A stretch of 64,000 nucleotides of DNA, from NCBI GenBank assembly GCA_002418835.1, contig DIEX01000026.1:72547-136546 (forward strand), written 5' to 3'. Of this stretch, positions 9,351 to 18,682 are shown in pieces. The notes below the pieces were generated by a model. That model was not told the origin of the DNA, made no database searches, and saw only the letters and a program-made list of their open reading frames with translations. Made by a program: the position numbers and the translations under genes. Source of the DNA: Spirochaetia bacterium UBA5763. GTDB taxonomy: Bacteria; Spirochaetota; UBA4802; UBA5550. How positions within the stretch are numbered: position 1 is the stretch's first letter; each line of letters begins with the position of its first letter.

Positions 9351-9830
9351 ATGACAATAATGGCTGCAAAACTCACAAAAGAACACCTTGAGCAGATAGG
9401 GGAATACCTTGTAGAAAAATTTCCCGCCATACGCGGAGGGGTAAAATCAAAATCATATTCCCGCGATTTTGAAATTGAGATACGGGAAAGAATTGTCCGT
9501 GTAGAAGAGGAACTGAAAAATCAGAGAGATCTTATACTTCAGACTCTCAATTTCAACGGCAAACAGTTCGAGCAGGTCGACAAAAGGTTCGAACAGGTTG
9601 AAAAGCGTTTCGAGCAGATCGACAAACGCTTTGAACAGGTCGATAAACGTTTTGAACAAATAGATAGACGCTTTGACCAGGTTGACAAAAGATTTGAACA
9701 GATGGACAGACGCTTTGAGGAGATTCATAAGAGCGTGGATAAACGCTTCACGATGATGATGTGGTTTACAGGACTGGGGCTCACCCTGGTTACAGCCTTC
9801 ATAACCGGTGTTACTGTTTTACTTAAGTAA
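9351..9830 (+). CDS. Tail-anchored coiled-coil protein with about 8 tandem heptads (KRFEQ[VI]D)
   Basis: The repeat run is KQFEQVD KRFEQVE KRFEQID KRFEQVD KRFEQID RRFDQVD KRFEQMD RRFEEIH, followed by a C-terminal TM segment MMMWFTGLGLTLVTAFITGVTVLL. AGGAG lies 7 nt upstream of the ATG. Confidence 0.7.
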   Translation: MTIMAAKLTKEHLEQIGEYLVEKFPAIRGGVKSKSYSRDFEIEIRERIVRVEEELKNQRDLILQTLNFNGKQFEQVDKRFEQVEKRFEQIDKRFEQVDKRFEQIDRRFDQVDKRFEQMDRRFEEIHKSVDKRFTMMMWFTGLGLTLVTAFITGVTVLLK

Positions 9831-9860
9831 ACACTTCCACCTCATTTAAGCAATTCTAAA

Positions 9861-11078
9861 ATGAACAATAGATATGATGCTATAATCACAGGAGCCGGAC
9901 CTGCCGGACTTTTCTGTGCAATAACTGCTTCAGCAGCAGGAAAGAGAATTCTTATCCTTGAAAAAAACTCAGAACCCGGGAGAAAGCTCCTTCTTTCAGG
10001 CTCAGGCCAGTGCAACTTCACTCACACAGGGAGCGCCCCGGAATTTTTAAAACATTATGGCGATTCAGCAAACTTTGTAAAACCTGCACTCTCCGCTTTT
10101 ACGAACATCCAGCTTATTGATTTTTTTGAATCCCACGGAATAAAAACTGTTACACGTGATGACGGGAAAATATTCCCCGCAAGCATGAAGGCAACGGATA
10201 TACTTTCGCTTCTGCTGAAATTATGCAGGGAAAATTCTGTTGAGATAAAATATAACTCACAGGTGCAGAGTATATCACACAACGGGTCGGAGTTTATCCT
10301 TTCTGCCGGGAGTAAAATTTATGCAGCAGAAAAACTCGTAATCGCGGCAGGCGGGAGTTCATACCCTGCAACAGGTTCATCAGGCGACGGATTCAGACTG
10401 GCAGCATCTCTCGGCCATACTATTAAAGAGATCACTACGGCACTTACCCCTCTCTATATTAAAGACTACACACTGGGGGAACTATCCGGAATTTCCATCA
10501 AAGAGAGCCGGATAACACTGATCCGTGGTGACAGAAAAATTATATCCGGCAGAGGAGATATTCTGTTCACACCAAAGGGGCTCTCCGGTCCCGGCATACT
10601 TGATCTGAGCAGATACACGAGAAACGGAGACAGCATCACAATCTCCCTCACAGATAAAAGTTTGCAGGAAATTGAATCGGTCCTCCCTGAAGCGTTAAAA
10701 AATGAGGGAAAAAAATCGATCCGGAATATATTGAAGATATTCGAAATGCCAGAAAGAATCATTGATGCCCTGCTTGCTAATGCACAGGTTGACCCATTAA
10801 AAAAAGCCGGTGAAATCTCCAGAGCGGAGAGGAGCCGGATAATTAATCTTATCAATGCATCCCCCTTTGAAATTAAAGAGAAAGGCGACTTCCGTACCGC
10901 AATGGCAACAGCCGGAGGGGTGAGCCGGGATGAGATTAACCGCAAAACTATGGAATCAAAAATCGTCAGGGACCTGTACTTCGCAGGTGAAGTCATAGAT
11001 GTGGATGGTGACACAGGGGGCTACAATATTCAGTGGGCATTTTCATCAGGGAGAGCTGCGGGGATTAGTCTGCTTTAA
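9861..11078 (+). CDS. HI0933/BaiN-family FAD-dependent oxidoreductase
   Basis: The N-terminal dinucleotide fold is YDAIITGAGPAGLFCA. The length (405 aa) and the C-terminal GEVIDVDGDTGGYNIQWAFSSG are typical of the HI0933-like family. Confidence 0.8.
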   Translation: MNNRYDAIITGAGPAGLFCAITASAAGKRILILEKNSEPGRKLLLSGSGQCNFTHTGSAPEFLKHYGDSANFVKPALSAFTNIQLIDFFESHGIKTVTRDDGKIFPASMKATDILSLLLKLCRENSVEIKYNSQVQSISHNGSEFILSAGSKIYAAEKLVIAAGGSSYPATGSSGDGFRLAASLGHTIKEITTALTPLYIKDYTLGELSGISIKESRITLIRGDRKIISGRGDILFTPKGLSGPGILDLSRYTRNGDSITISLTDKSLQEIESVLPEALKNEGKKSIRNILKIFEMPERIIDALLANAQVDPLKKAGEISRAERSRIINLINASPFEIKEKGDFRTAMATAGGVSRDEINRKTMESKIVRDLYFAGEVIDVDGDTGGYNIQWAFSSGRAAGISLL

Positions 11079-11089
11079 CTTGAATATCT

Positions 11090-11234
11090 CCCCTTTCAAA
11101 GGGGGGTGCCCGATAGGGCGGGGGGATCTTTCAATTCAGGACACGTCAGATTCCTGAATTGCAGAAAATTTATTCTCTCCAATACTTAACGATCCCCCAT
11201 CTGCTGTCGCAGATTGCCCCCCTGGGAAGGGGGC
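11090..11234. repeat. Cluster of four to five GC-rich stem-loops downstream of the flavoprotein gene
   Basis: The stem-loops are cccc-tttcaaa-gggg (11090-11104), gccc..gggc (11108-11119), caattcagga/tcctgaattg (11132-11161), atctgc/gcagat (11199-11214) and gccccc/gggggc (11216-11234). Confidence 0.6.
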
Positions 11235-11343
11235 TTATATGGGAAAAGACTTGACTCTTCCCCTTAAATAATTACATTTAACAAAACAGCCTTTGACTGT
11301 TAAGAAAACTAAGAGAAAAGATATATTTATGGAGGACTCAAAT

Positions 11344-11709
11344 ATGAAAAAACTTTTTCTTGTTTCAATGATTGCTGTTGCTGCAATGGGGATGATTGCG
11401 TGTGGAGAGGATGATAATTTTGATGCTGCAGTTACCTGGCAAAATGAATCAGGTACAGATGTAAAGGATATAAGATGGGTTGATGAAAACTCTGTTGCGA
11501 ATGCAACATGGGTTGAAACAGTTCCAAATACTGATACAAGTGAACAAAAAATTGTAACACTTGAAACTGGAAGAGGAGAATGTCTTGATACAGCAGCATC
11601 ACCTCAAGAATATGAAATAGAAATAAATGGTGGTTCCCAATCTTATACATTGACTGAAGGAGCTGCCGAGACTCTTAGAATAACAAGCATTGCCACAAAG
11701 AAAAAATAA
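11344..11709 (+). CDS. Small lipoprotein, hypothetical
   Basis: I moved the start to the ATG at 11344 (GGAGGA lies 7 nt upstream). The lipobox is MKKLFLVSMIAVAAMGMIAC. The ORF track begins at an upstream TTG (11293). Confidence 0.6.
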   Translation: MKKLFLVSMIAVAAMGMIACGEDDNFDAAVTWQNESGTDVKDIRWVDENSVANATWVETVPNTDTSEQKIVTLETGRGECLDTAASPQEYEIEINGGSQSYTLTEGAAETLRITSIATKKK

Positions 11710-11720
11710 AATCAAATAAT

Positions 11721-11752
11721 AAAGATAGCATTTTAATAAAAATGCTATCTTT
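11721..11752 (+). terminator. AT-rich hairpin after the lipoprotein gene
   Basis: The stem aaagatagcatttt pairs with aaaatgctatcttt at 14 bp, 12 nt after the stop codon. Confidence 0.5.
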
Positions 11753-11763
11753 AAATAAAATCA

Positions 11764-12513
11764 ATGAATATTAAATCACAATTAATTATACTTATAATTA
11801 TACTTATAATTTCAAATCCTGCTTTCTCCAAAGACAAAAACTGGAAAAAGTTCGGAAGTTCATGGGTTGTTGCCAATTCTTTGGCAACAACCGCATCAGG
11901 GCGTGTTAATCCATGGAACTATTATGAATTCACTAATTTCAATTCGTTGCAGTCATTAAAACCATTTTCCACTTACACATCACTTGAAATCGATTCAATG
12001 CTTTTTGAGCGTGTTGATTCCCCTGTTGAATTTATTATACCATTTAGCATAACAGATGAAGGTAAAGGATGGCTTTATAAATTTTATGCATTCCGGTTTT
12101 CCGGGAACTACTGGGGCATAAATCAAGTTTCTTTAATTTATTCAGACAGAATTGATAAAACTAAACCATTGGCAACAAAGAACAATACATTTATTAAAGA
12201 AATTGAATCTTCAAAGTGTAAAATTAAATATGGTATAATGAATAACTATAATATTGTTTTTAAAGAGAACAAAGTTGTTCTTTATATTAATAATAAAGAA
12301 ACGATGTCCGTATCTTTAAATGAAAAACAGGATGGTGGGTATCTCGCATTTAGTATAAAAAATGCGCGAATTTCTATAGATAAAATAGTACTTAAGAATG
12401 ACAACAAAACAATTTTTCAGGATCTGTTTGATGAAGATTCAATACAAATTAAAAAACTTCAAGTCACACGAGAGCCTGCTCCTAAAGAGGATGACGCGAA
12501 AAAACCGGAATAA
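11764..12513 (+). CDS. Secreted hypothetical protein in an AT-rich islet
   Basis: The N-terminus has a signal-like segment IILIIILIISNPAFS. I recognise no family motif. Confidence 0.5.
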   Translation: MNIKSQLIILIIILIISNPAFSKDKNWKKFGSSWVVANSLATTASGRVNPWNYYEFTNFNSLQSLKPFSTYTSLEIDSMLFERVDSPVEFIIPFSITDEGKGWLYKFYAFRFSGNYWGINQVSLIYSDRIDKTKPLATKNNTFIKEIESSKCKIKYGIMNNYNIVFKENKVVLYINNKETMSVSLNEKQDGGYLAFSIKNARISIDKIVLKNDNKTIFQDLFDEDSIQIKKLQVTREPAPKEDDAKKPE

Positions 12514-12525
12514 CCGGCTTTTTTA
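12498..12525 (+). terminator. Weak hairpin overlapping the stop codon, followed by a T-run
   Basis: The sequence is aaaaaaccgg-aataa-ccggc-tttttt. Confidence 0.45.
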
Positions 12526-12604
12526 ATATATAATTGATTCATGTTCCCTTCGTATTGGCTTCGGGAAGGCTTCGTATTGTTGCCGTGAAATTAATTGACT
12601 GAAA

Positions 12605-13831
12605 TTACGGAGTCGTGAGTGTAACATTCTGTTCAATCAGACTTAAATCTGTTGGAACAGATACTCCAGAAATTATATTATCAGAATATCCGGATCCGGA
12701 TTTACTGAAAATAATTTTATAGTTCCCATGCAAAAGAATCCTGTGATAATAACCTTTTGAATCAGTTTTCACAACTATATCCCCAATATCACCGGCACCG
12801 TTATTATAAACCACTGTTACTTCAACATCTTTTACGCCATCCGGCTCAGTTGCAGATGTTACCTGCCCATGCACTCCGTAACCTGCTTTCTTAATATATG
12901 CCAGAAGTGATTTCCTGTTATATTCAAAAACCTCCTGAACACCAGCCTCTGTTGAAGGATTGCGGCGCGCCACCTCTATTGTCACATCAAGGCATCCTGT
13001 CTCTTTGTAGCTCCAGTCCTGAAGTGAGCCGGAAATCTCGTACCAGTTACCTCCATTAATAACACCATCCTCCATGTCAATCGACTGGTAGAGATCCGGA
13101 TTATTTAGGAACGTTCCTTCCATAGTATATGCTTTACCAAAAGATCTTACAAGTGTATTCTCAACAGGTTTAACACTGTCTTTCTCACTATCATAATCAA
13201 AGGGCATATTTAAAAGCACCGCACCAGAATGAAAAGTTGCTGAAAGATGAAAAACATTGGATTGCGAGAATGACTCCATTGCCTTTGATTCAGGTTCCGA
13301 AAGAGCCTCACTCCCGTGTGAACCACCCGTATCGTATTCCCATGCGAATGAAAAATTTCTGTTCAGGTCAACTCCCCTGCTGTTATACCTTCTTTTTGCT
13401 GCAAGCCCGTCAGGATTCAGCACAGGTATGATGACTATATACCTTTTATTTACAAGATCAGTGACTTCTGCATCTTTATCATAATTATAAGTAAGATATT
13501 CAATGAATCTGATCATCAGTTCAACTGATATCATCTCGCTTCCGTGAATTCCCCCTGTGAGGCGGATTGCAGGTTCACCTTTAGGAGTTCCGGGATTGTC
13601 AGATATCACAATTGCGCGGATAGGACGGCCGTCTACGCTTAAACCAGTTCCCACGCTTTCAAGGGCTGTTATTAAAGGATATTGCAGCCTTACTTCATCC
13701 AGAAAAGCGAGAACCTCCTCCGGTGTATGATAATCATAAGAAGAAGCAGGTGTTCCCCCTCCCCCATCTGAACAGGAGAAGAAAACTGGAAGCTGTATAA
13801 GCAGAAGCAATATTAAAACTAATCTTTTCAT
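12605..13831 (-). CDS. M14-family zinc carboxypeptidase lipoprotein with a C-terminal carboxypeptidase-regulatory-like beta domain
   Basis: The lipobox is LPVFFSC. The zinc motif is GGIHGSEMIS (HxxE). The C-terminus reads GVHGQVTS..VKTDSKGYY. Confidence 0.8.
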   Translation of the reverse strand: MKRLVLILLLLIQLPVFFSCSDGGGGTPASSYDYHTPEEVLAFLDEVRLQYPLITALESVGTGLSVDGRPIRAIVISDNPGTPKGEPAIRLTGGIHGSEMISVELMIRFIEYLTYNYDKDAEVTDLVNKRYIVIIPVLNPDGLAAKRRYNSRGVDLNRNFSFAWEYDTGGSHGSEALSEPESKAMESFSQSNVFHLSATFHSGAVLLNMPFDYDSEKDSVKPVENTLVRSFGKAYTMEGTFLNNPDLYQSIDMEDGVINGGNWYEISGSLQDWSYKETGCLDVTIEVARRNPSTEAGVQEVFEYNRKSLLAYIKKAGYGVHGQVTSATEPDGVKDVEVTVVYNNGAGDIGDIVVKTDSKGYYHRILLHGNYKIIFSKSGSGYSDNIISGVSVPTDLSLIEQNVTLTTP

Positions 13832-13933
13832 CAGAAATAAATCTAATAAAAATTCAGGGTATTATGACAAGGGAAATTTACCGGGGATATTTTTTTTGTA
13901 AACAATGCAGAGTCGCAACTCTCTATAAAAGCG

Positions 13934-14425
13934 TTATTCCTCTGTCACACTATCTATAATTTTATCTATCTCTTTCTCATTATAATTTCTGTTTTCGATT
14001 TTGTCTGTCTTATCTTTTATCTTCTCCCTGGTAAATCTGATCTTTACATAATCTGAATCCATTTTTTTAGCCATTTTATAATAATGATATGCTTTACTGT
14101 AGTCAGACATATAAAAATAGCAGACAGCAATATTTGATGCAGCTTTTACGTTACCGGGATCTATTGTTAATGCTCTATTTAACTCCCTTATTGCTTCACT
14201 GTATTTTTTCTGCTGTATAAGTGAAACAGCAAGATTATTATAGTAATAAGAAACCCCGCTGTTGTCTTTAATAGCTTCTCTGAAATACTTCTCAGCTTCA
14301 ACAGGCCGGTCACCAGCAAGCAGCTTCATTCCTGTACTGTTTTTATCAGCCGCATCCTTTTCATTTGAAAAAGCATTAAGATGAACGCAAATCAGGAAGG
14401 ATATGAGGATTACAATTTTGCTCAT
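13934..14425 (-). CDS. TPR-repeat secreted protein
   Basis: The start is probably the Met at 14425 (MSKIVILISFLICVHLNAFS signal). TPR-like AxxYFxxA, YNNLAV and AIxxLNRAL repeats follow. Confidence 0.65.
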   Translation of the reverse strand: MSKIVILISFLICVHLNAFSNEKDAADKNSTGMKLLAGDRPVEAEKYFREAIKDNSGVSYYYNNLAVSLIQQKKYSEAIRELNRALTIDPGNVKAASNIAVCYFYMSDYSKAYHYYKMAKKMDSDYVKIRFTREKIKDKTDKIENRNYNEKEIDKIIDSVTEE

Positions 14426-14752
14426 CAAAGAGCACTGTATATAATGTCTGCTCAGCATGTTTTATTGCCTATTGTTTTATCCGATTGCTAAAGAGATGAT
14501 CCAGATATCGATTTATACCCATTAATAGGGTATATCAATTTCTTCCTGAAAGACGTTTCAGAAATCAACGAAAAAATTCTCCTGCATTCAGCCAATGTCG
14601 TTTCAGGCAATAAAAACAGTATATTTCCTGTTGTTTCATGGTATTACCGGCTGAATATCAATGCTTCTGTTAAAAAATAATTGAAAAACATTGAAGTCTT
14701 TTATATTAAAACACGCAGTTTAAATTCATTCATTCAGCAGTGGAGCCCTTTT

Positions 14753-15673
14753 ATGAAAAAAACATTTTCAGCCTTCATTATTATAATTATCCTTTCCGAA
14801 ACTTCTATAGCTTCTAACGATCAGACAGGAACAGTTGAAAATGTTAATATATCAAAAAAAGAGGTAACAATTAAAATCCTCTCAGGAAAATCTGTTAAAA
14901 TGGGTGACCGCCTTGAGATCAGCACTCCGGATGGACCTATTACTCTTTCTGTCAAATTCCCCATGATGACACTGGCAACATGCTCCATCCAGGGAAAAGG
15001 GAAGCTTTCATCAATAAAACCTGAAATGCCGGTTTATCCGTACGGTAAAACTCTGCTAACTGATGAACCTTCAGATAACGGGTCGCGTTTTTCAGACACA
15101 GGCCAGGGGATGATTAAAGATAACTCCACAGGTATATACTGGTTGCAGGATGCCAACTATACAAGAAAAACCATGTCATGGGAGGATGCAGTTACATTTG
15201 TAGAGAAGCTCGATGCTGCAGGATATACTGACTGGAGGCTCCCAACAAAAGAAGAGTTTGATTATTTTCTTAAGACATCTCCTGAAGAACTTAATAAATC
15301 ATTTGATAATATGAAATATTTCTACTGGACCTCCACGGTTTATCCTCTTGAACAGGGATTGATCTGGACAGCGGACATTGATAACCGCAACACAAAGCAT
15401 ACTTTCAGAACAAATGAAAACTATATCTGGCCTGTGAGGGATGGGAAAGCCCGGGTAAGAAGTTCTTATGCACTGAAAAAAGACCATGAGAACGATCCGG
15501 TTAAAACCGCTGCTGAGCGCGCATGCGGTAAAAATGGCAGCAAATTTGTGTCATACAGTAAAAAACTCGATACTATGACTATATTAAAGTATGAAATCAT
15601 CTGTACAAAAGGCAAAAAAGATACAAAGATGATGCTTGAATACGACAAACTCCTCGGGAACTGGTCAGATTGA
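14753..15673 (+). CDS. DUF1566 (Lcl C-terminal-like) domain secreted protein
   Basis: I moved the start to the ATG at 14753 (MKKTFSAFIIIIILSETSIA). The DUF1566-like block is GIYWLQDANY..MSWEDAVTFVEKLDAAGYTDWRLPTKEEF. Confidence 0.65.
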   Translation: MKKTFSAFIIIIILSETSIASNDQTGTVENVNISKKEVTIKILSGKSVKMGDRLEISTPDGPITLSVKFPMMTLATCSIQGKGKLSSIKPEMPVYPYGKTLLTDEPSDNGSRFSDTGQGMIKDNSTGIYWLQDANYTRKTMSWEDAVTFVEKLDAAGYTDWRLPTKEEFDYFLKTSPEELNKSFDNMKYFYWTSTVYPLEQGLIWTADIDNRNTKHTFRTNENYIWPVRDGKARVRSSYALKKDHENDPVKTAAERACGKNGSKFVSYSKKLDTMTILKYEIICTKGKKDTKMMLEYDKLLGNWSD

Positions 15674-15827
15674 ATTCTTTAACTGCTCTAAAGAAAGATA
15701 CAAGGGAAAACCTTACATGCAAATTAAGATATTAAATTACAAAATATTTAGTAACATTCTGATAAAAAAAATTGACATTCTCAAAATTATCATTAATTAT
15801 ATAATAATAATTAAACAGGAGGGTCTC

Positions 15828-16268
15828 ATGAAAAAGTCAGTTGTAATTCTTGCTCTTTGTTTCACATTCGTAGCTTCTAATGTTTTCGCTAACAACGCAG
15901 GTATTGGTATCGGTACTGTTCTCCTCAAAGGAAAACAGGGAAAACTGATGGAACTTGTAGCTACATGTCTTAACGGAATCTGCGGTAACGGTACATTCGC
16001 AATCACAACCGGTACTCTGGGCTATAAAGAAGGCGCAGTAATCGGTGTTAACATTGTTGATGTATATGTAGCTGAAAACATGGATTCACTTGCTAATGAT
16101 ATTGCAAAAGGTGATGGTGAATATGTTGATACTCTTGCTCACCTTATGAAAGTTGAAAACAAAGATGCTTTCAAAGACAAACTTCATAAAAATTTCAACA
16201 ACATCTATACATCAAAAGATGTAACATCAAAAGATGTAGTTGCAAATATCAATAAAGTTAACAGCTGA
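15828..16268 (+). CDS. DUF3015-like small secreted protein
   Basis: I moved the start to the ATG at 15828 (AGGAGGG lies upstream). The signal is MKKSVVILALCFTFVASNVFA. The blocks AGIGIGTVL and NGTFAITTGTLGY resemble DUF3015 as I recall it. Confidence 0.5.
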   Translation: MKKSVVILALCFTFVASNVFANNAGIGIGTVLLKGKQGKLMELVATCLNGICGNGTFAITTGTLGYKEGAVIGVNIVDVYVAENMDSLANDIAKGDGEYVDTLAHLMKVENKDAFKDKLHKNFNNIYTSKDVTSKDVVANINKVNS

Positions 16269-16270
16269 TA

Positions 16271-18205
16271 GTGATATTTAAACATTTCATAACAAATGTA
16301 AAGTACGGCCTCAGGGCCGTACTTGTTTTATTAATAATTCTCCGCGGAATTTCATACGGAGCAGACACTACATTATCCGGCGATGATAATAACAGGTATA
16401 TCTCTGAACTTATAACTAAATCGAAAGAACTGAAACTTGCAGATGATCCATATTGGCATATAATTCTTCATTACAAAAAAAATATCACCGGCGGATTCAC
16501 AAGCCAGGTTGATGATCCTGCATTTTTCTTTGCAAAAAAAGGTAAACATAATCCTGAAGCTGAACTTGAAGAAACAATACGGAGTTTCTTCAGGTCCAAG
16601 GAAAATGTTATAATGCATCCAACTGAAAAATTCTCTGCAAGGTACGCATGGCTTAAGGAAAAACTCGAAATTGATACAGCAAAAATCCCATATGACGGCG
16701 ATACCTGGTTCAGCCAGTTCTATAAAGAAATAAATCCATCTACTGTGACACTTGTGTTCCCCGCAGGTTTTATGAATAATCCTGCTTCAATGTACGGACA
16801 CACCCTTCTTCTTGTTGAGTCGGAGGGGGGGAGCAGACTTCTCGCTAAATCTCTGAATTATGCCGCTGCCACAGACGATGCGCTGCTTCCGCTATTTGTA
16901 TACAAAGGGCTCCTGGGGCTTTACAAGGGATATTACTCATTTCTTCCATATTATCAGAAAATTCGGGAATACAGCGATACAGAGCAGCGAGATCTCTGGG
17001 AATACGAAATTGCCATGACTCCTGAAGAAAAAGAGAGAATGGTGCGCCATGTTGTTGAGATGGAAAATATTTACTCAGACTATTACTTTATTGATGAAAA
17101 CTGCTCTTATAGTTTATTATTCCTCATCGAGGCTGCAAAGCCGGAGACAGGGATCACCGATTACTTCTGGTGGGGTGTCGAACCCGTTGACACACTCCGT
17201 GCGGCCCAGGATAAAAAAATAGTCAGCAGGAGAGTTTTCAGGCCTTCACTATATTCAAAAATTCAATTCTTCAGGTCAAAGCTGAATAAAAAAGAACAGA
17301 ATTTTGTTCTCGGTTTCTGCAAAGGCGAGCATGAATTGTCAGACATAGAGTCACTCACCGGAGACGAAGAAAAAAATATAATAATGTGCGATCTCGCCAC
17401 AGATTACCTTAAATTCATGGCCGTTAAAAAAGACATCTCTCAAGAGGACTATAGATCCAGGTTTATGGCTGTATTGACAAAACGTAATTCCATGGGTAAA
17501 TATGACCCGATAAAAGATATCCCTGAACCTGTTGCGCCTGATGAATCTCACGAATCGCGAAGATTTGCTGTTGAAACAGGCCACTCTCTTGAAGGAGTTT
17601 ATTCGCAGTTCGCATACAGACAGTCATGCCATGAAATCATGGATCCTGATGACGGATACAACATGAACTCCCAGATTGTTTTCGGCAATATCCAGGGGCG
17701 CTATTATTACGATGATAAACGGTTTGTTCTTCAGAGATTTGATATTGTTGATCTTGTCTCACTTCCTCCGTCAGACTCCTTCTTTATGAATCCCTGTTAT
17801 GTACTGAACACAGGACTGATACAGAATATAAGTGAGAGTGAAAAAGAGACATTAGCTTTCCATCTGAAAGGGAATGCCGGCTTAAGTACGCTTCTCGCGG
17901 AGAAAGTTCAGATATATTTTTTTGCAGGAGTTAAATCATACTTTAATCCTGATTATGATAACAACAGTGATATTCTTGCAGGGGGCGAAACCGGAATTCT
18001 TACAATCTTAGGCCCGTGGAAAAACCATATCTATGCTTCTGCTTATCACGCTGAATTCGGAGAGAAACACACAAGATTATCCGCAGGCCTTTCAGAAAGA
18101 ATCAAAATTACAAATTCAGTTTCTGTATTAGCGGATTATTCATATAACAAAGATTACTCGTTTAACTGGCACGAATTCAGCGGGAAAATAAATTTTTATT
18201 TCTGA
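16271..18205 (+). CDS. DUF4105 (Lnb N-terminal periplasmic domain) family protein
   Basis: The motifs are DPYWHIILHY, SMYGHTLLLV, RDLWEYEIAMTPEEKERMV and YYFIDENCSY. A GTG start lies 3 nt after the upstream stop. Confidence 0.65.
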   Translation: MIFKHFITNVKYGLRAVLVLLIILRGISYGADTTLSGDDNNRYISELITKSKELKLADDPYWHIILHYKKNITGGFTSQVDDPAFFFAKKGKHNPEAELEETIRSFFRSKENVIMHPTEKFSARYAWLKEKLEIDTAKIPYDGDTWFSQFYKEINPSTVTLVFPAGFMNNPASMYGHTLLLVESEGGSRLLAKSLNYAAATDDALLPLFVYKGLLGLYKGYYSFLPYYQKIREYSDTEQRDLWEYEIAMTPEEKERMVRHVVEMENIYSDYYFIDENCSYSLLFLIEAAKPETGITDYFWWGVEPVDTLRAAQDKKIVSRRVFRPSLYSKIQFFRSKLNKKEQNFVLGFCKGEHELSDIESLTGDEEKNIIMCDLATDYLKFMAVKKDISQEDYRSRFMAVLTKRNSMGKYDPIKDIPEPVAPDESHESRRFAVETGHSLEGVYSQFAYRQSCHEIMDPDDGYNMNSQIVFGNIQGRYYYDDKRFVLQRFDIVDLVSLPPSDSFFMNPCYVLNTGLIQNISESEKETLAFHLKGNAGLSTLLAEKVQIYFFAGVKSYFNPDYDNNSDILAGGETGILTILGPWKNHIYASAYHAEFGEKHTRLSAGLSERIKITNSVSVLADYSYNKDYSFNWHEFSGKINFYF

Positions 18206-18340
18206 TTTTTACCATCACATCTTCAGCATTATAATCAACTTTTTACTTGATTTTAAATCCTCAATCCCTGATCATTAATACAACTGAATTCGAAGCCTCT
18301 GTTATTTTCAGTATATTACAGGGTAAATCATTATTTTATA

Positions 18341-18418
18341 ACAGTTAACGAACTTCTCAGTCGCTGTCGCTTCTTCGAAGTGACAGATTCGAACTATTTC
18401 AAACGTTAACCGCTATAG
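18341..18418. repeat. Interspersed element, locus B
   Basis: The core at 18354-18386 is ttctcagtcgctgtcgcttcttcgaagtgacag, the reverse orientation of A1. It is flanked by acagttaacg (18341-18350) and cgttaaccgctatag (18404-18418). Confidence 0.8.
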
Positions 18419-18682
18419 TTCAGTCAGGCAGTTTTTATTTAAACCGGTTATCTGCTCTCTCATGACGGTTTTTTTAAAAAACACCGGCATCTAATTGTAT
18501 GAGTTCATGAATCTCAGACATGAGACCCAGGTATCTGCCTTGCAAAACCGGGGTGATAATCAGAAGGATTATTTATGATAATATACAGATCAGTTATTAT
18601 TAAATTTCGCCTGACTCAAATATTACATAGAAATGCTGCAAATCTCATCGTATAAATACAGAACATAAACAGGTTTAATTAT

